DNA of 64,000 nt from Sphaeroforma arctica JP610. Taxonomy: Eukaryota. The stretch is taken from the NCBI RefSeq assembly GCF_001186125.1, contig NW_014040144.1:7785-71784 (forward strand), given 5' to 3'. Under the pieces are notes generated by a model. It saw only the letters and a program-made list of their open reading frames with translations. It did not search any database and was not told the origin of the DNA. The position numbers were made by a program, and so were the translations under genes. Positions 36,900-52,500 of this stretch are shown here, one piece after another (the stretch's first letter is position 1; each line of letters opens with the position of its first letter).

Positions 36900-37870
36900 A
36901 ACAGTTGCGCTGTAGACAAAGAATGTGCCGTCTTTTAGAAGGGAAAGTGGTGACGCTTAGAACAGAGGGTGAAGCAAAGTACGATGTTTGCGGATGAAGT
37001 ATGGATCATGTTTCGAAATGGTGAACAGTAGAGCATATGGGTATTTTGAAGCTTAAGAGTCATGATTGAATAAATGGAGGCTGAGCGAGAAACTACCAGT
37101 ACGTTCGTTGGTGGAAAGATCACAAGTCGAGCTCTATATATAAATTAGTTGACGAGTAGATTTGTAAGTTGTCCAGTGATGGATTCGAAGTGATTGATAT
37201 GCAGCATTTATTAAGCGACTGGCTCGTTTCCCAGTGTAATGCGCCGCACAGAACTCGGACCGGGGCCAGAGTCGATTACGCGTAAACCTGGAAATCGAAG
37301 TAAAGGCTGTGGTGGGCGCCAGGTATGACGCCAGGCCCATTGATGAAACGTGTGGTGAGCAACCTTAGTTATCGATGTGTATGTTTCATGAGTTCAAATC
37401 AATATAATTCGCAGTGCACCAGCACGCAAAGAGTAGGTTTAAAATAATACCAGTTTTGTATCAAACGCATCAGATATTCCAGTCGTTAGACAAACCTTTT
37501 GTGATTGATTCCCCTGGTGTTATGATGCAAGGGCAGCGCCAATGGGGAGTCGTCTATTTTATCGTTGCATTGCGGTAGCAAAATGCAAATAATATGGGTA
37601 GGACTGTGGAGCTCGTGAGCGAGGGTGACGAGGTGTTATAGTCCATTTTACCTTGGACCCACAAAGAGCACAAGCGCAAAGAAGTAAACAAAATGGCCTG
37701 ATCCGATTGTTCAAGGAAAACCATTAAAACATTCGAATATTGCAAGTTCAGCCAGGGTGTAGAGAGACTATTGGGCACAGTGGTAAAGGGTTTTCCAATA
37801 ATATACGACTGAATTTTGGCCCCATTCACAATTATATTCGAATGTATGTTCTCTGAAATCATTTTTTAGT
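36900..37870 (+). pseudogene. Decayed ORF, possibly a Mutator-like (MULE) transposase remnant
   Basis: Stop-interrupted plus frame contains EIEVKAVVGARY...LSMCMFHEFKSI, which resembles the MULE CxxH motif context; only one motif supports this. Confidence 0.3.
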
Positions 37871-39968
37871 GGTTGATTCGAGTTTTGTGAGCTATATTCA
37901 AACGCTGCGATTTCAAAGCCTGAAATAATTACACGGAGCCAAATATCATGATGTGAATTCACTGCTAATGGGTATTATAATAGTTTGCTTTCTAGTGTCA
38001 GATAGATCTACTGTGTCATCCACTTTTATCTTCATATTTATGCTACGTCATAGCAACAGACAACGATGTGTTGAATCATCGATTGAGACAAAGTCGACTG
38101 GTTGCATGTTCAAAACTGAGCTGACAACTACGAAGACTAACTGAAGTGATATGCGATCATGCACGGTGGACAACATCTTTGTGAATTGAATAGGTCGCGA
38201 TTCAATTTTAGCGTCGTTCTTCATTTGTATGGTGTGAAGTTTTATTTTATTTTAATGGCCATAGATCACAGTCAAATGTGTCACGTCTGATTTTGCAAGA
38301 CGTTCTCATTTCTTAGTTTGGAGAAACGAATCAATGTCGGAATAAGAACGTTTGAAGTCTGTGGGTCACAGTCGAACAATTATTCATAAACGCTTAGATA
38401 ACATATTCGATGAAGTGGAATGGTCAGCATGACCTACATATTCTTCATTCTCATGGTTCTTGCCTTGATAAATCTTTATAGATCTGCATGCCTGTACTAT
38501 AATATGCCATTCATGAACTTCTCTTTATAATTATATATCTTCATGACTACCTCTTTAATTTTTATCTTAAAAATCTAAATCCGCGATGACTGAAAAAAAA
38601 CACAAAAACAGCTCGTTACCCTAATAGGTTCCTTGGTCAGCATCGATGAGGAGCGAAGTCCATCTTCTGTTCATGTTTATTAGCAGACCGACGGCTGCGG
38701 CGTTGAATTTCTTGTACCCGTTTCCCCCAACAACTCGATCCAGAATGAGGGAATGATCACCTTACCGATATGATGCTCCTTTCATTGTCAAGTTGAATCT
38801 ATACTTGGTATACTTGTTAAATGGTGTCTAGGTTCTACCAAGGAACATTTCGAAGTGGCCATCTAAACAACATACAGCGGTCGAATTTGAAGGTGCATTA
38901 TCTAATACAACGTCCTTTCATACCCCACACTCTAATATTGCCAGTTCAAAAGTTCAGATTAACTAATCCACATAGTCGCGCAACCCAATGGCATTGTTTT
39001 CCAAATGTGAGTTATATATTCCTAAGTAGACTATAAAAGCTAGTCTCTCGGTCACTGATTGTTCCTTTTTTTCTTCTAAGGTACTGTGAATGAATAATGT
39101 TTTACAGTGGTTATTTGGAATTCACGTAGACGATTACGTTACTTGGATCGGAAGAGATTGAACCTTGGTATAAATGTATGCATCATGAGGAAAGCACACT
39201 GATAAGTCTGTCATACAAATACGAAGTACGTCCTGACAGTTGCAGAGATCTAATCGTTTTTGGAACCAAGTTAAAAGCTTCCCCTACCTCGAGTGTAAGC
39301 AAACACCCAATTTCATTCTTACGGGTTCCTCTCTTGTCGCTTAGTAAATAAATGTTTACCAGGCCACGAATCGACGGAATAGGTCACGTTTTCTCATGCG
39401 CCCGCAAATCAATGGGACTCACATATGAATTAACACTCAGTCTTTGTCTTGATACATATATCAACCCCAACCGCCTCGACAGAAATCTTCGGGTTTTTCA
39501 TGCACCCTCAATTGCATAATACATTTCGCACCGATCCTTTCTCTTTAGCAGCATGGTAGTTGACAACATTTGCTGCATCACATATACTCACTAGCAACGC
39601 AGATACAAACAATCATGCTAGATAACACGAATACTACATAGTTGTCTAGCCGCTATGAACCGACACGAAGCGGACCACTGAACGCGCGGACCAAGCAGTA
39701 TTGTATAGAAAGGCTGCGCGTGTGTTACTCGCTGCTTCATTCAAATTGAACCGATATTTTTCCGCCATGACTGGAGAACAAAAGCACTCTAAACACACAC
39801 TCTGCTGTAAAGAAAGCATATTGCAAAAGTATTCGATTCACTACTATATGCGATGAAAACATCATCTCTACCCGATGACACTATTGCCATTGAAAATCAA
39901 CGGGATTTTATACTTCATCACTTGACCAGCCTTCTTTACATATGATCTAGCCACTTCGGTCTTTTTAA

Positions 39969-40355
39969 GATGAGAGACTACAGGTCTCAGGCCAGATTTT
40001 ACAGCAAGAAACCCTTTTAGTTTATGGAAGTCATCAGAGTTAGCTCACTCCCGAGAGTTAATCAAGTTGCTTAAATTACTCCCGAGAATTGATTTAATAC
40101 TTAACCGACTACCGAGAGCAAGGTTTCTTACCGAACTCCCGAGAGTGGATTAAGTCTGCTACCCGCAACATTTAAACTAGCTGCTGTTCTATGCGAGTCA
40201 CAACCTATGCGGAAAGGGGTCATGTGATTAGCGAAAGTGTTCTGTATAAGGCTTCTCATACTGGCCATATGAGTTTTTACCCTGGCCAGCCCAACCGGCT
40301 AAACACTAGCACAAACGCCTTGAGTATAAAACCAAAGGTGAGGTCAGAAATAAAC
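39969..40355. repeat. Dispersed/LTR-like direct repeat, copy 2
   Basis: Homologous to 35667-36045 in the same orientation. Confidence 0.8.
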
Positions 40356-40977
40356 ATATACATAAGCAGCTTTGCATGATCTCGACATCCTTCTAACAGC
40401 TCGCAATACCCCCCACACAAAGCTCAGTGGTATATTAAACTTAACTGAATTGAAACTTAATAAAGCCAGCGGTACCCGTATTCGCGGTTTGTAGATGCCA
40501 ACAGATTTTTTTCATTTGAGAGTTTAACAATTCCCACAGTTTTTGACAGTAGCTCAACCTCACCAAACACTGCTTCCGCAGGTTCTAAGCGCCATCAATT
40601 GCCTTCCAAATACTCGCCGAAGAGAGTCGCAATCGCTCAACGGTTACAACCCCAAGCTGGGTACTGGCGCATACTTGACAAGTGTTCCTAGCCGAGGCAC
40701 AATTTCAGAGGAATAGAAATAAATCAATCATCAGACCTATATACCTAGAAGTACATGAAACGTCACCACTGATTCAGGGCAATACCGAATAAAGGCCGCA
40801 TTGCATACAATTCATCCGGACGAAGAAGCGAAAATCGCTGAAAAATCTTTGGCGCCGCCATCTGGTCCAAGGTATGCAAATAATAGCCTCAAAAAATAGT
40901 AAAACTGCGACATGATTATCAAGGTACCCGTGTGTACCTTAAATATTAATATAAACATTTCCAAAGCAACTCCCCGA

Positions 40978-41019
40978 TTTTAGGGTTTTAGGGTTTAGGG
41001 TTTTAGGGTTTTGGGTTTA
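40978..41019. repeat. Interstitial telomere-like T3-4AGGG tract, ~5 units
   Basis: ttttagggttttagggtttagggttttagggttttgggttt. Confidence 0.85.
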
Positions 41020-44000
41020 ATTGATAAAATACTACAGCGGTACTAGTAACATCTAAATTATGTGTTGGAGGTCAGAACCCGTCCCACTCGATCCTATTGA
41101 TGAGCACTGCTGCGGCATGTATATCTACAACGTATCTTCTTGAGTATGCTACAGTAAAGCCATGCCAATGTCCACTACTAGTCAATATGATATTTGAGGT
41201 GCTTATAGCTTTGATTCGATTTTATCTTTACAGCGCACTGGTGAACATGGCAGTTCAATGCGCGAAGTAGTTACCAATAGTCCCCCTCTCGGGGTGCGCA
41301 CATGTTGTTTGTATTTAAATTGCAAAGTAATCGTGTCTAGAACAGCCCACGAGGTGCTTTTTGCTTAATGGCTACTTACACTAAAACCAACTTCGCATTC
41401 ATAACAAGCAGCAGACCGCCGTCCAGAACAGTATAAAAAGCATGTCCCATATTATCGAATCTACGGCGTGATAAATCCCCGAGTTGTTTTGCATTTAAAA
41501 CAAATCTGTCAGAAATGTCCAAAAACTGTCATCATGACCTAAATTGCTTTTGACATGACTTTCATTTTTGTTCTTTATAAATGCTGAATATTAAACGTAT
41601 GCGTTCCTATATCAAATTGCTTTTTCTATTACTACATTATATTGTTAGATATGTCTTTTTTTTTGGTAGCACTACTAGCTTGCAATAATCAATGCAGGCG
41701 ATCCTATCTTGATATCCACTTATTATCTATTTATGTAGACTTATCTCTGTTTCTGATAGGCAAGCTGGATTCTGTGGGCCCCGTAAGTAGATGTTAATTT
41801 ACTTTCGATTACTTGCGTCCATGAAGGGGAAATGATGCTGTGGAACCGCGAGAGGGGCAATTGATGATACATCTGCGATGATAGAATGGTATCGGAAGAT
41901 AGGAGCAGCAGAGGTTGTAAAACACAACCTTCTTTTACGAGGGGAGGTGGGTGGGTTAGTGTGTATACATACATCGTACTTGTTGGTAAGTATCAGACAC
42001 TCAAGCCGGGATTCTAGCACCTCGACTTACGCAATGATGATCTTCTCATTCTTTTTGTCTCACTCCACGGCTCGAGCACACACAACGCTCACTGTCACTT
42101 CTACAATGTATTCACGAAGTGACTAAAATGGAATCCTGTGAATGCTGCTTCGACATAACACAAATCGACCCCGTCTGTCCATATACACTTCGTAGATCAG
42201 AAAATACATGGAGGCCCTCTGCACAACCACGACTTTGCACCCAACGCTGCTATTTCGACTGCAACCAAAACCAGCAATTGCATATCGTGATTCGCTCAGG
42301 CTACACGCAGTTATAATTGGATGTTAGAATTGCAAACGGGTTAATGGTATAGGGTTCGAATTGAGTGATTAAGTTGCTGAATCGGATATTAATTTACACT
42401 GCTTTGCTTGCCAAGTCTACGTTCCATTAGGAGTCTGTATAACATCTACACCACGACTCTGTGATTCAATGAGCAGGGTCAATTCAAAGTTCAGATGAGT
42501 CATTACTATGGTACATGCGTCGATGAACAAAGTCACATTCCACCTAGTTGTGAGATACCTTTAAACGTATCCGTCACGAATATCCCCGGCTTGAACTCGT
42601 CAAATTCTCCGCAACTAGACTACCAGTAATCCCTCTGGAGTCTGGCCCCTCATTTTTTTTGTAGCTGTTCGAAACATTTGGCTTGCCTTAAAAGTTGCGT
42701 CAGCAGAACTTAAAATTGGTCTGCAGCATCTCCAAGGTATCCAAAATATAAACTCTTCCAAGTTTGGAAGTTTTATTTAATTTTTAACTGATAACTAATA
42801 CCTAAAAATTAACTAAAGTTTTCTCATTTAAATACTCTACTACGAGTTGTGTCACGTTTGAGAATTGTTGATTGTCAGTCGCCGATCCCCCACAATGAGT
42901 GCACTATGCGAGGCTAATCAATTCTATATTCAAGCGACGGGTCTCTCATATTTCCTCCAGTTTCCTCGCCCTTCGCGGTGCCGGTGACTACTCATGTGTA
43001 AGAACTGTGTCACAACTGAGCGTACCTATACAAGCATTCGCTATCAGCATTCGTCAGTACCACATAGGCGAACGCAGGTGCACTCGTCTCTCTGGTTGCA
43101 AGCCACACAAATAGAAACATCCGCCTGCGTATGCTGTGATACTGTAATCACCTCCATCTCTCTCTCCTCTTCGCTACCAGACAGCATCTATTTACCGGCA
43201 CAAACTTCCTCAGACGGGTTCAAACAAAGGCCATATAAATATACCGTAGACACGGGGCCATGTACTCTGCGGAGTTATCACACTTGTGCATATTTGTACT
43301 TACGTTCATGTGGGCGTCCGTGGGCGAGTGTGGCCTTGAGTGTCCTCAGGCATTGACTAGTGAATATTGCCTGATAGTGAGTGCAAACCCCTCTTAACCT
43401 CGCCGAACCGCGCGCGAAGCAGGAAGCCTGTCCATTATTCATTCATCGGCAAGCCCAGTACACTGTCACGGACCAAGCATCAGCGTGTGACTGATTACTG
43501 TATATATACTACGGACGTTCAACGTGTTGAGAATAAATATACCGTCCACTCTATCCACACGGCTCACGATGTCCATCTCACCGTGCCGTTCGTGTGTCTC
43601 GTTCACATCTAGCATCCTACACATATTGAACTACACGCTAGTTCTACATGTTCTAGGGGGCTCTCCACTGCACTCGCCCTTCGAGAAGCCAACTCGCCGG
43701 CATGCACGCGCCAGAACTCAGTTTCCCTACACATCTAGCTTAACTAGTCTTAACGCCCCAAAATTTGTGATGGTAAGACCTATAGCCATAGGAACCCCAC
43801 CAACTACCAAATATGTATACTTATAGGCTCCCTGTATTTCCTGTCGCTCTAATTAAATATCTCCCTACATGCGCCCGGTCGCTTGAATTGTCGTTTCTGC
43901 TGTTTGGAGTTACGGTATGGATGCCCTTCACTACACTGAGACCGTCAAGCAGTCCACGGTTTTAAGGTTTAAAAACCCTAAAGCCCTGAAATCTTACATA

Positions 44001-44187
44001 AAAAACCCCTAAAACCACGGGATTCGTATAAACTTCAGCAGTACCGTTGGGTGGTGTGCGTCCCCTACTCTGTATTGCACCTACATGTCTACCTACATGA
44101 ACTCACAGGGTTTCACAACAAGGGGTTGTATGTAGCACATAAGTTGCTACGTTCCCAGAGAGAGGGCTATATGTCCTCCGAGCTCAC

Positions 44188-44657
44188 CTGTTGATAGTGG
44201 AAATACCTTCTAGTTCGACTGGGTTGGACTGCTTGCGCTTGTCCTTCGACCGTTTGGCCATTGGAGAGGATGATGATGCACTATTGTCGCCCGATTTGTA
44301 CGATACCTACCGCGCAAATGAAATGGAACGGGGGGGGGGGGGGGGGGGGGGGAAGGGAGGAAGGAAGAAAGAAAGTAAAGTAAAGTAAAGTAAAGTAAGT
44401 AAAGTAAGTAAGTAAGTACGTAAGGTAAGTAAGTNNNNNNNNNNNNNNNNNNNNNNNNNNNNNNNNNNNNNNNNNNNNNNNNNNNNNNNNNNNNNNNNNN
44501 NNNNNNNNNNNNNNNNNNNNNNNNNNNNNNNNNNNNNNNNNNNNNNNNNNNNNNNNNNNNNNNNNNNNNNNNNNNNNNNNNNNNNNNNNNNNNNNNNNNN
44601 NNNNNNNNNNNNNNNNNNNNNNNNNNGTAACTACGTACTAACGTACTACAACTATAC

Positions 44658-44736
<79 letters not shown>

Positions 44737-44799
44737 CATACATACATATATACACACACATATATATATATATACAAACATATATACACACATACATAT

Positions 44800-44831
<32 letters not shown>

Positions 44832-47800
44832 GTACATACATACATACATATTTTCCACATTCACACATACATACGTACATACATAAACACACACACAAAA
44901 ATACATATCTAAACATCCACACAGCCACACAGCTATATAGCCCAAACTCACAAGTACAACCACACCCCTACACACCTCGTGCTTGCCCCCGAGAGTGCTT
45001 GTTTGGGAATGGAGCGACAGTCGCGCGTTCTGGTGCTGTTGTCTGTGGTGTTCGCTGTTCTCGTTGTCTGGTGGTAGCAACGAGTCACGGGCCGCCCCAC
45101 CCACCCAATTGAGGGTTGAGTGCACCTCTTCGGGTTCATCCTCGGTCAGGATCTACCGTGGTCCGTGGGTGAAAGTAAAGAGAATAGAATGATAGGTGTA
45201 GTGAAAGTGAGTATGTATGAGATCTGTGGCCTTTTTTGTTTTGGTACTTGGTTTCTTCTTCACCACCCAATTGAGAGTCGAAGGCACCACTTCGGGTTCA
45301 TCCTGGGTCAGAATCGACTGTTGGTATGATAGATTAACAAATGAAGGGAGTATGCGATATGTAACATTTCTGTTGTTGTTGTTGCGTGTGCAGACTTCGT
45401 GTACAAGTAAACACATGAATCTACCGTAGATGTACTTGATGAAGTGTGTATGAAGTCTGTGCCTTTTTTTTTAGGGCGTTGGGGGGGGGGGAGATAGGGG
45501 TTTGCAGACTTCGTATACTAGATAGTTAACACACAGACTATGACAGATGGGTAGTGTTCAGACCCATTCGCGCCACTTCAGGGGGCATCCTCCAATGTTT
45601 GAGACAACAACAATCTATGGCATTCGTGCACCGCAGTTTTAAAGTCTGGGGCGTATGTGTATCGTACGAGTATCGACTGGACTCCAGTCATCTGTGGCAT
45701 TTTAGGACACCCTCCGCACAACCAAAGCTGGAGTGCAATGTTTTCAACGCATATGATGTGATGGGATCTATGGCATCCATAGCCTCTTTAATTGTACATA
45801 TAAAGGTGAAGTGTGAGTGCAACTACGCATACGAGTATGGGTATGGACACTAATACCACGCTCAATGGGCGTTTTAGTAGGTATGATTGTTGGGCGTTTG
45901 TTTCTGTTTATACCTGCGCGAATCAAAGGTGTATGTGTCCACGTGCGCAATACATCCGAGTGAATGCATGAACATGCACATATATACATGTACATGAACG
46001 GGTATATGTGCATCTTCATGGTAGGAATGTATACATGCATGCAGGTATACATGTAACGAATAGACACAGACACAGACACACAAGTAAATCCAGCCATACC
46101 TTGAGATACTTCTCTTCGAACCACACCGGAAGTAGGTATCTCCTAACCGGTATCTATTATTAGAAAAAAAGAGTACGGTAAGTAACACTGAGTCTGCATG
46201 GCCTGGGCTTGCAAAAGCAAAAGCAATGCAAAGCATATCCCTAGCAAGTACCACTATACACGGTCTTCACGACAAGGCTGCTTGTATACGTATACATTGT
46301 CATAGACAAACGTGATCATACGCGGAAGGCTCGGAAAAACAATGCCAAGTATATCCCTAGGACGGATCCGTATAACAGACCTTCTCTGTCAGTCTACTTG
46401 TATATGTATACACGGTCATAGACTAAGTAAAGTCGAATTATATGTTATGTGTAGGTACAGTCTAACAATATGTTAAAGCAATAAGTTTAGTCGAAAAATA
46501 AAACCCAGTACATGTCGTGCAACCTCGCAAACGAACAAGTAGACAAACAACTGGGCATACACTCATATACACATTCAATACGCACATATACACATACAAC
46601 ATGCACATATACACATACAACATGCAAACATAGCACAAGAGTTACACATACGAAGACTGTCACCGGGTACCACCATATCGTCACTCAGACAGTAGCTATT
46701 ACCGTGTCAGAAAGGCAATGAGCCGTTACCAAGGAGACGGCCAATATGTATGCATAAAGGTATACATAGAACAATTATACGTAAAATAAATATATATACA
46801 CAAACAATTATACATAAAACAAATATACGATCAATCATGTAGCGATACAGATATGAATACAAATAGATAAATCTACAACCAATTATACATAAAATAAATA
46901 TACGAGCAATCATGTAGCGATATAGATTTGAAAACAAATAGATAAATCTACAACCAATTATACATAAAATAAATATAAGAGCAAGTATACAACTGTATAG
47001 ATATGTACACATAATTTTATATACACAAACAACTATACATAACATGAATATACCCAAACAACTACACATAAAAATAAATAAACGAGCAAGCATACACATT
47101 TTTAAATACGTATACATATTGATAAGTATACAACTAACTATACATGAATAAATATACGAGCAAGTATCTAACTAAGTAGATATGTATCCATAAATATATA
47201 TACACAAAACAACTATACATAACACAAACATACACAAACAATTACACATAAAATAAATATCCGAACAAGTATATACCTACACAAACACGTATACATACAC
47301 ATAGGAAGACCACCACCGGGAAGAACAAGGCCGGAGGCACCAGCAGGTCATCGCCCAGATAGAAGTTATCATGCACGAACCACAGCACCAGAAAGGCTAC
47401 GAATTGGCACAAGGTGAACAGATGGATGGTCTTTATAGGCACCCTCCGCACATAGTGGGAGGGCGGGTAGTTCTCTGGCTGCATGAACCACAGCAACAGG
47501 CGTGTGTACAGGTGGTTGGTTTGTAAGGACGCCACCCCCAGGTACAGGAAGTAGCCATACAGGACGTCTACCGGCAAGATGCGCAGAAGGGGCTGGAAGG
47601 GGCATTGGCCAGAGAATCGGGATTGGGATTGTAAATGTGGATGAGATGAAATCGGGATTGGTGCGCATGGTTCGGGAACGTACAGCGACAGGCGTGCGTA
47701 CTGGTGATTGGTTCGCAACGACACTATCCCCGGGTAAAGTAGCCGTACTCAATATTAACAACAGAACGCGCAACAGGGGTTGAAATAGGACTATAGATAC

Positions 47801-47897
47801 AATTGGCACAACAGCGTTGAGTTTGAGAATCTCGCGATATACACAACGTACGTGTGGTCCATGCCATTCATCTCATAGTCAGTTGGACGAGACTATA

Positions 47898-47928
<31 letters not shown>

Positions 47929-47970
47929 CAAATATACAAAGATACACACANNNNNNNNNNNNNNNNNNNN

Positions 47971-48037
<67 letters not shown>

Positions 48038-51000
48038 TATATACATACACTTACACACACACACAGGGAGATTTACACACACACGGACATACGCAAAACA
48101 TACACATACACACACAGTCATTCACACACACGGCCATACGCATATACCTTCGCCAGGATAGTGAACAGGAAGAATATTTGTACATGCACACACACACATA
48201 GACATACGTATATACCTTAGCCAGGATAGTAAATAGGAAGAAAATGTGTGCGATAAGATTGACCCAACGCGTCTCACGGCTCCTCACAACATGCGTGTGA
48301 TATACACCGTTCTTCTCATACTCCTCCGTATCGGCCAGTAAGCGTGGGTGGATCACTGAGTGGGGCAAAGCACCTGCAGAGATACGAGAGAGATATGCTG
48401 TCAGTGGGCAGACAGAGTATGTTCAAATGACTAACTTGCTCTCAAGGGTTAACTATTTAGATGTGCATAGCAAATACAATATGTTTTTATGAGTGTATGA
48501 ATATGCAGAAGAAGTCTCTGTGTATGTATGGGCCGGTAGGCGAGGGCGGGGAAGAGTAAAGATGTTCATAAGCATGTAAGTACGTACAATTGATTTTTCT
48601 ACATAGACTGGTAAGCGTGGATGAATCACGAGTGCGAGAAAACAATCTACCAAGGATATGGCAAAACAAAATTGTATACACGTTTACATAACAAGAACTG
48701 GAAAGGATCTTATTGTAAGGATTCCCAATACAACCTGTGCAACAATAGATACTCGTTAGCATATTAATATATGAAACTGCTCTCCGTATATCGGTTCTGC
48801 AGCAAGCGTGGGCAAAACATAGAGTGCGAGAAAGCGCCTGGAGGTACCAAGGGTACTTGCAGTCAATAAGCTTTTTAACTAAGAATTGACCACGTTCTGA
48901 AAATTGAAGTGAACAATACAGGACATAAAAAGTATTAATAAACGACACGGAGGTATCCCATTTTACCTACTATGGCCCTATGGTATTCTTAGTACAGAGC
49001 ATACAGCCAATAGCAGTTCATGAAGCATACACCACATACTGATTAATTCAGCCAGGCAGCAAATGATATATATAGAACAACCCCGACTTAAAACCTCTAC
49101 ACTCAATACATTGCCGGGATAGTGTAACATTCTACCTACCATGACACCATAGCATTCCTAGCACAGAGCTTACAGCCAATAGCAATTCATGAAGTATACA
49201 CTACATACTGACCAATTCAGCAAGACAGCAATGATATATATAGAACAACCCCGACATAAAACCTCTACACTCAATACATGTCAGGGATAGTATAACTTTC
49301 TACCTACCATGACACCATGGCATGCCTAGCACAGAGCTTACAGCCAACAACATGCCGGTGAGTACCATGTCCCAATGGAAAGCATCGCCCTGGTGGTGTC
49401 AAGGTATGACGATTTGACATTAGCTTAGAAAGGTATGTAGTGGCTTCGTATATACACCCGTGGGAACTTGGATTCGGATTTTTTCGTCCAATACCCGAAT
49501 AGTCCGGTGAGCACTATTGCCCTGTTGAAGGTGTCTACTTGGTTATGCCGATGTGAAACGAATAGGAATAAGCAGTCAAAGACAATAGGAGCATCGTATA
49601 TAAGATTACAGGAATGCATACACGTATAGAATATTGCGAAAACAGACACAGACACAGACACAGACACAGACATATATATATATATAAATATATCTCCACA
49701 CATACATATACATATATACACAAATGTCCGTAGGGTAAGACAAGTAGACCATACCTTCATGAGGCGGTTCTCTGGGCTGCCAATGAGAAGGGCAGATACA
49801 TTCTGTTCCAAGTACACAATCATTGTCAACGGTACAGCCGCCAAAGCAGCTAACATCACCCACTTGATCTCCAGTGTGTAGAAATCAACCCACCACGGAC
49901 GACCACTGGTAGTGTCAATGGCTGCGAGAACCACACATAGTATGTGTCAGGGTAAGTGCCAGAGAACGAGTGTGATTCACATGTACAGCACATACACACA
50001 CTCTCTCTCTTCTCTTTCTAGTATATACACAAAGACACATACACATACACATATATAAATATAAATATAAATATCTACATATATATAGATATAGATATAG
50101 ATATATATATATATTATATATATATATATCAGCCAAATCTCAGCATCCAAGCGCGTGATTTGCGAGAGCGCAGAAATGTAACAGAAGACTATCATCTACA
50201 CACACACACACACACACACACATGTACACACACATGTACACGCACTACCCTGTATACATACAGTACAGAAACACACCTATACCAGCCAACACCTCGGCAA
50301 GTGACGGGATATAGAAGAAACCTATCGTCTGCACACACACACACACACTACCCTATCTATATACATACACTACAACTAAATATACCTACTATTACATCGA
50401 TAGTAGATACATAGGAAATACGCACCTATAATAGCCGACACTTTAGCATCCAGGCATGCAACATGGGGGAGCGATGTACGAGAAGCCTAATATCTGCACG
50501 CACACACACACTACCCTATACACACACAATACAGGTACACACTATACCTTATATGCATACACTACAAACAAACACACCTACTTATACATCGATTGTAGAT
50601 ACATAGGAGATACGCACCTATATCAGCCGACACCTCGGCGTCCAGGCGTGCAACATGGGGGAGCGCGGGGATGTACGAGAAGCCAGTCATCATCACAAAC
50701 GCAAGGAGTGGGCCGAACATGTACAGGACATATCTGGAAAGAACAGACAAGATATAAGCATAATGATTACTACCAAGACTGTACTTGAGATAATGACTAC
50801 TACCAAGACTGCACTTGAGATAATGATTACTACCAAGACTGTACTTGAGATAATGACTACTACCAAGACTGCACTTGAGATAATGATTACTATTAAGACT
50901 GTTCTTGAGATAATGATTACTACCAAGACTGCACTTGAGATAATGATTACTACCAAGACTGAACCTGAGATGAGACATAAAGCAAAACCCTAAAACCCTA

Positions 51001-51461
51001 AGCGCAAAAGTACAGATAAAGACTGTACCTGAGACATGCAAAACTCTAAACCCTAAAACGCTTTGCATGAAGATTGCGTACCTGAGCACAGGCCTGAGAT
51101 AAGGGCTGCCATAGAACGAGGTGAAGTACATGGCGATCAACCACACGCCCACTACCAGAGTAAGCGACAGCAGGAAGTCTTCTGTGTGACTATTGGCGTC
51201 TGTATGTAGAGGGAAAGGATACGGCCAAGACGTGTAAGGGTGTAATGTATAGGAATCCTGGACAGCTTCAGCCACGGCAACAAGTCAGTGTATATAAGAC
51301 TCTCCGATGACATGCATAGCAGCCTCCGCAATGAAGAACCCCGAGATCAAATGACAAAAGATTCCTCCGTACGTCACTGGGTAACACACACAAAGTGCGA
51401 CAAACTGTACACACACATGCAGATAAAACAACACATTCAGACATTCAAACATTCAAACATT

Positions 51462-51502
<41 letters not shown>

Positions 51503-51934
51503 ACAGATATATACTATACATATATATATATTATACATATCTATATATTTTATACATATTCATACACACACATGTATATATATACATATACATACACACA
51601 CATGTATATATATATATATATATATATATCATCATCATCAATGGACACACCTGCAGCATCCACGGTGAGCGTTGACTCCGTAACGATGTGTGTGATAGCC
51701 TTGGCTATGAAAATACACGAAATTAGCATCGCAAAGGCTTCCTCCGTGAATCTCCCGATGAACACGACAAAGTATGACATGTTTACTACACCGATGATCA
51801 TGCAGTACAAACACGCCCAGATACCCACCCACGCATAGAATTCCAAGAACGGGATGTCTAGGGTCACACTCCAACTGTGATGTTTGATGTTTTTTATATT
51901 AGTTATGAAGGTGCATACACATACATATATATAA

Positions 51935-51972
<38 letters not shown>

Positions 51973-52461
51973 AATAAATATATAAATACATATAAATACA
52001 TATATATATAGTTCCGTCTTAGCTTTGTAGTGTGTAGTGTTGTATGAACTTGATGGTGATGTATGTATAGATAGGTGAGCTAGGAATGTATTACATTGTA
52101 TTGTTTGATACTGCAATGTCCACATTTGTCCATATTCCACCCATGCATAGAACACTAGTAATGGGGTGTCCTGTTTCACAGTTTGGCTGCAATGCATGAT
52201 ATTGTGATTGAACAAATATTGACAAGGACTATGATGCAGAAACGAACTATATATGTATACAAAAATAGGTATGTATACATATATATATATATATACGGCA
52301 GGCAAATACGCAATACCAATACACTAATATACACATATACATAACATAAATGACATCAATAAATGTATACATGTGTGCACAAATATATAACAGTTATGAG
52401 ACTGCAGAATTGATATTGAAAACACAGGTGATTCATTGCAACAACGCAAAGCACACTGTAA

Positions 52462-52500
<39 letters not shown>

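Noticed and set aside
41741..43400. Short ORFs between the repeat region and the SLC4 3' end
   Set aside because: No recognisable motifs and no consistent splice pattern.
50562..51275. 237-aa ORF with SLGSNHYLK repeats
   Set aside because: Read-through of two SLC4 exons across an intron containing a 30 bp tandem repeat.
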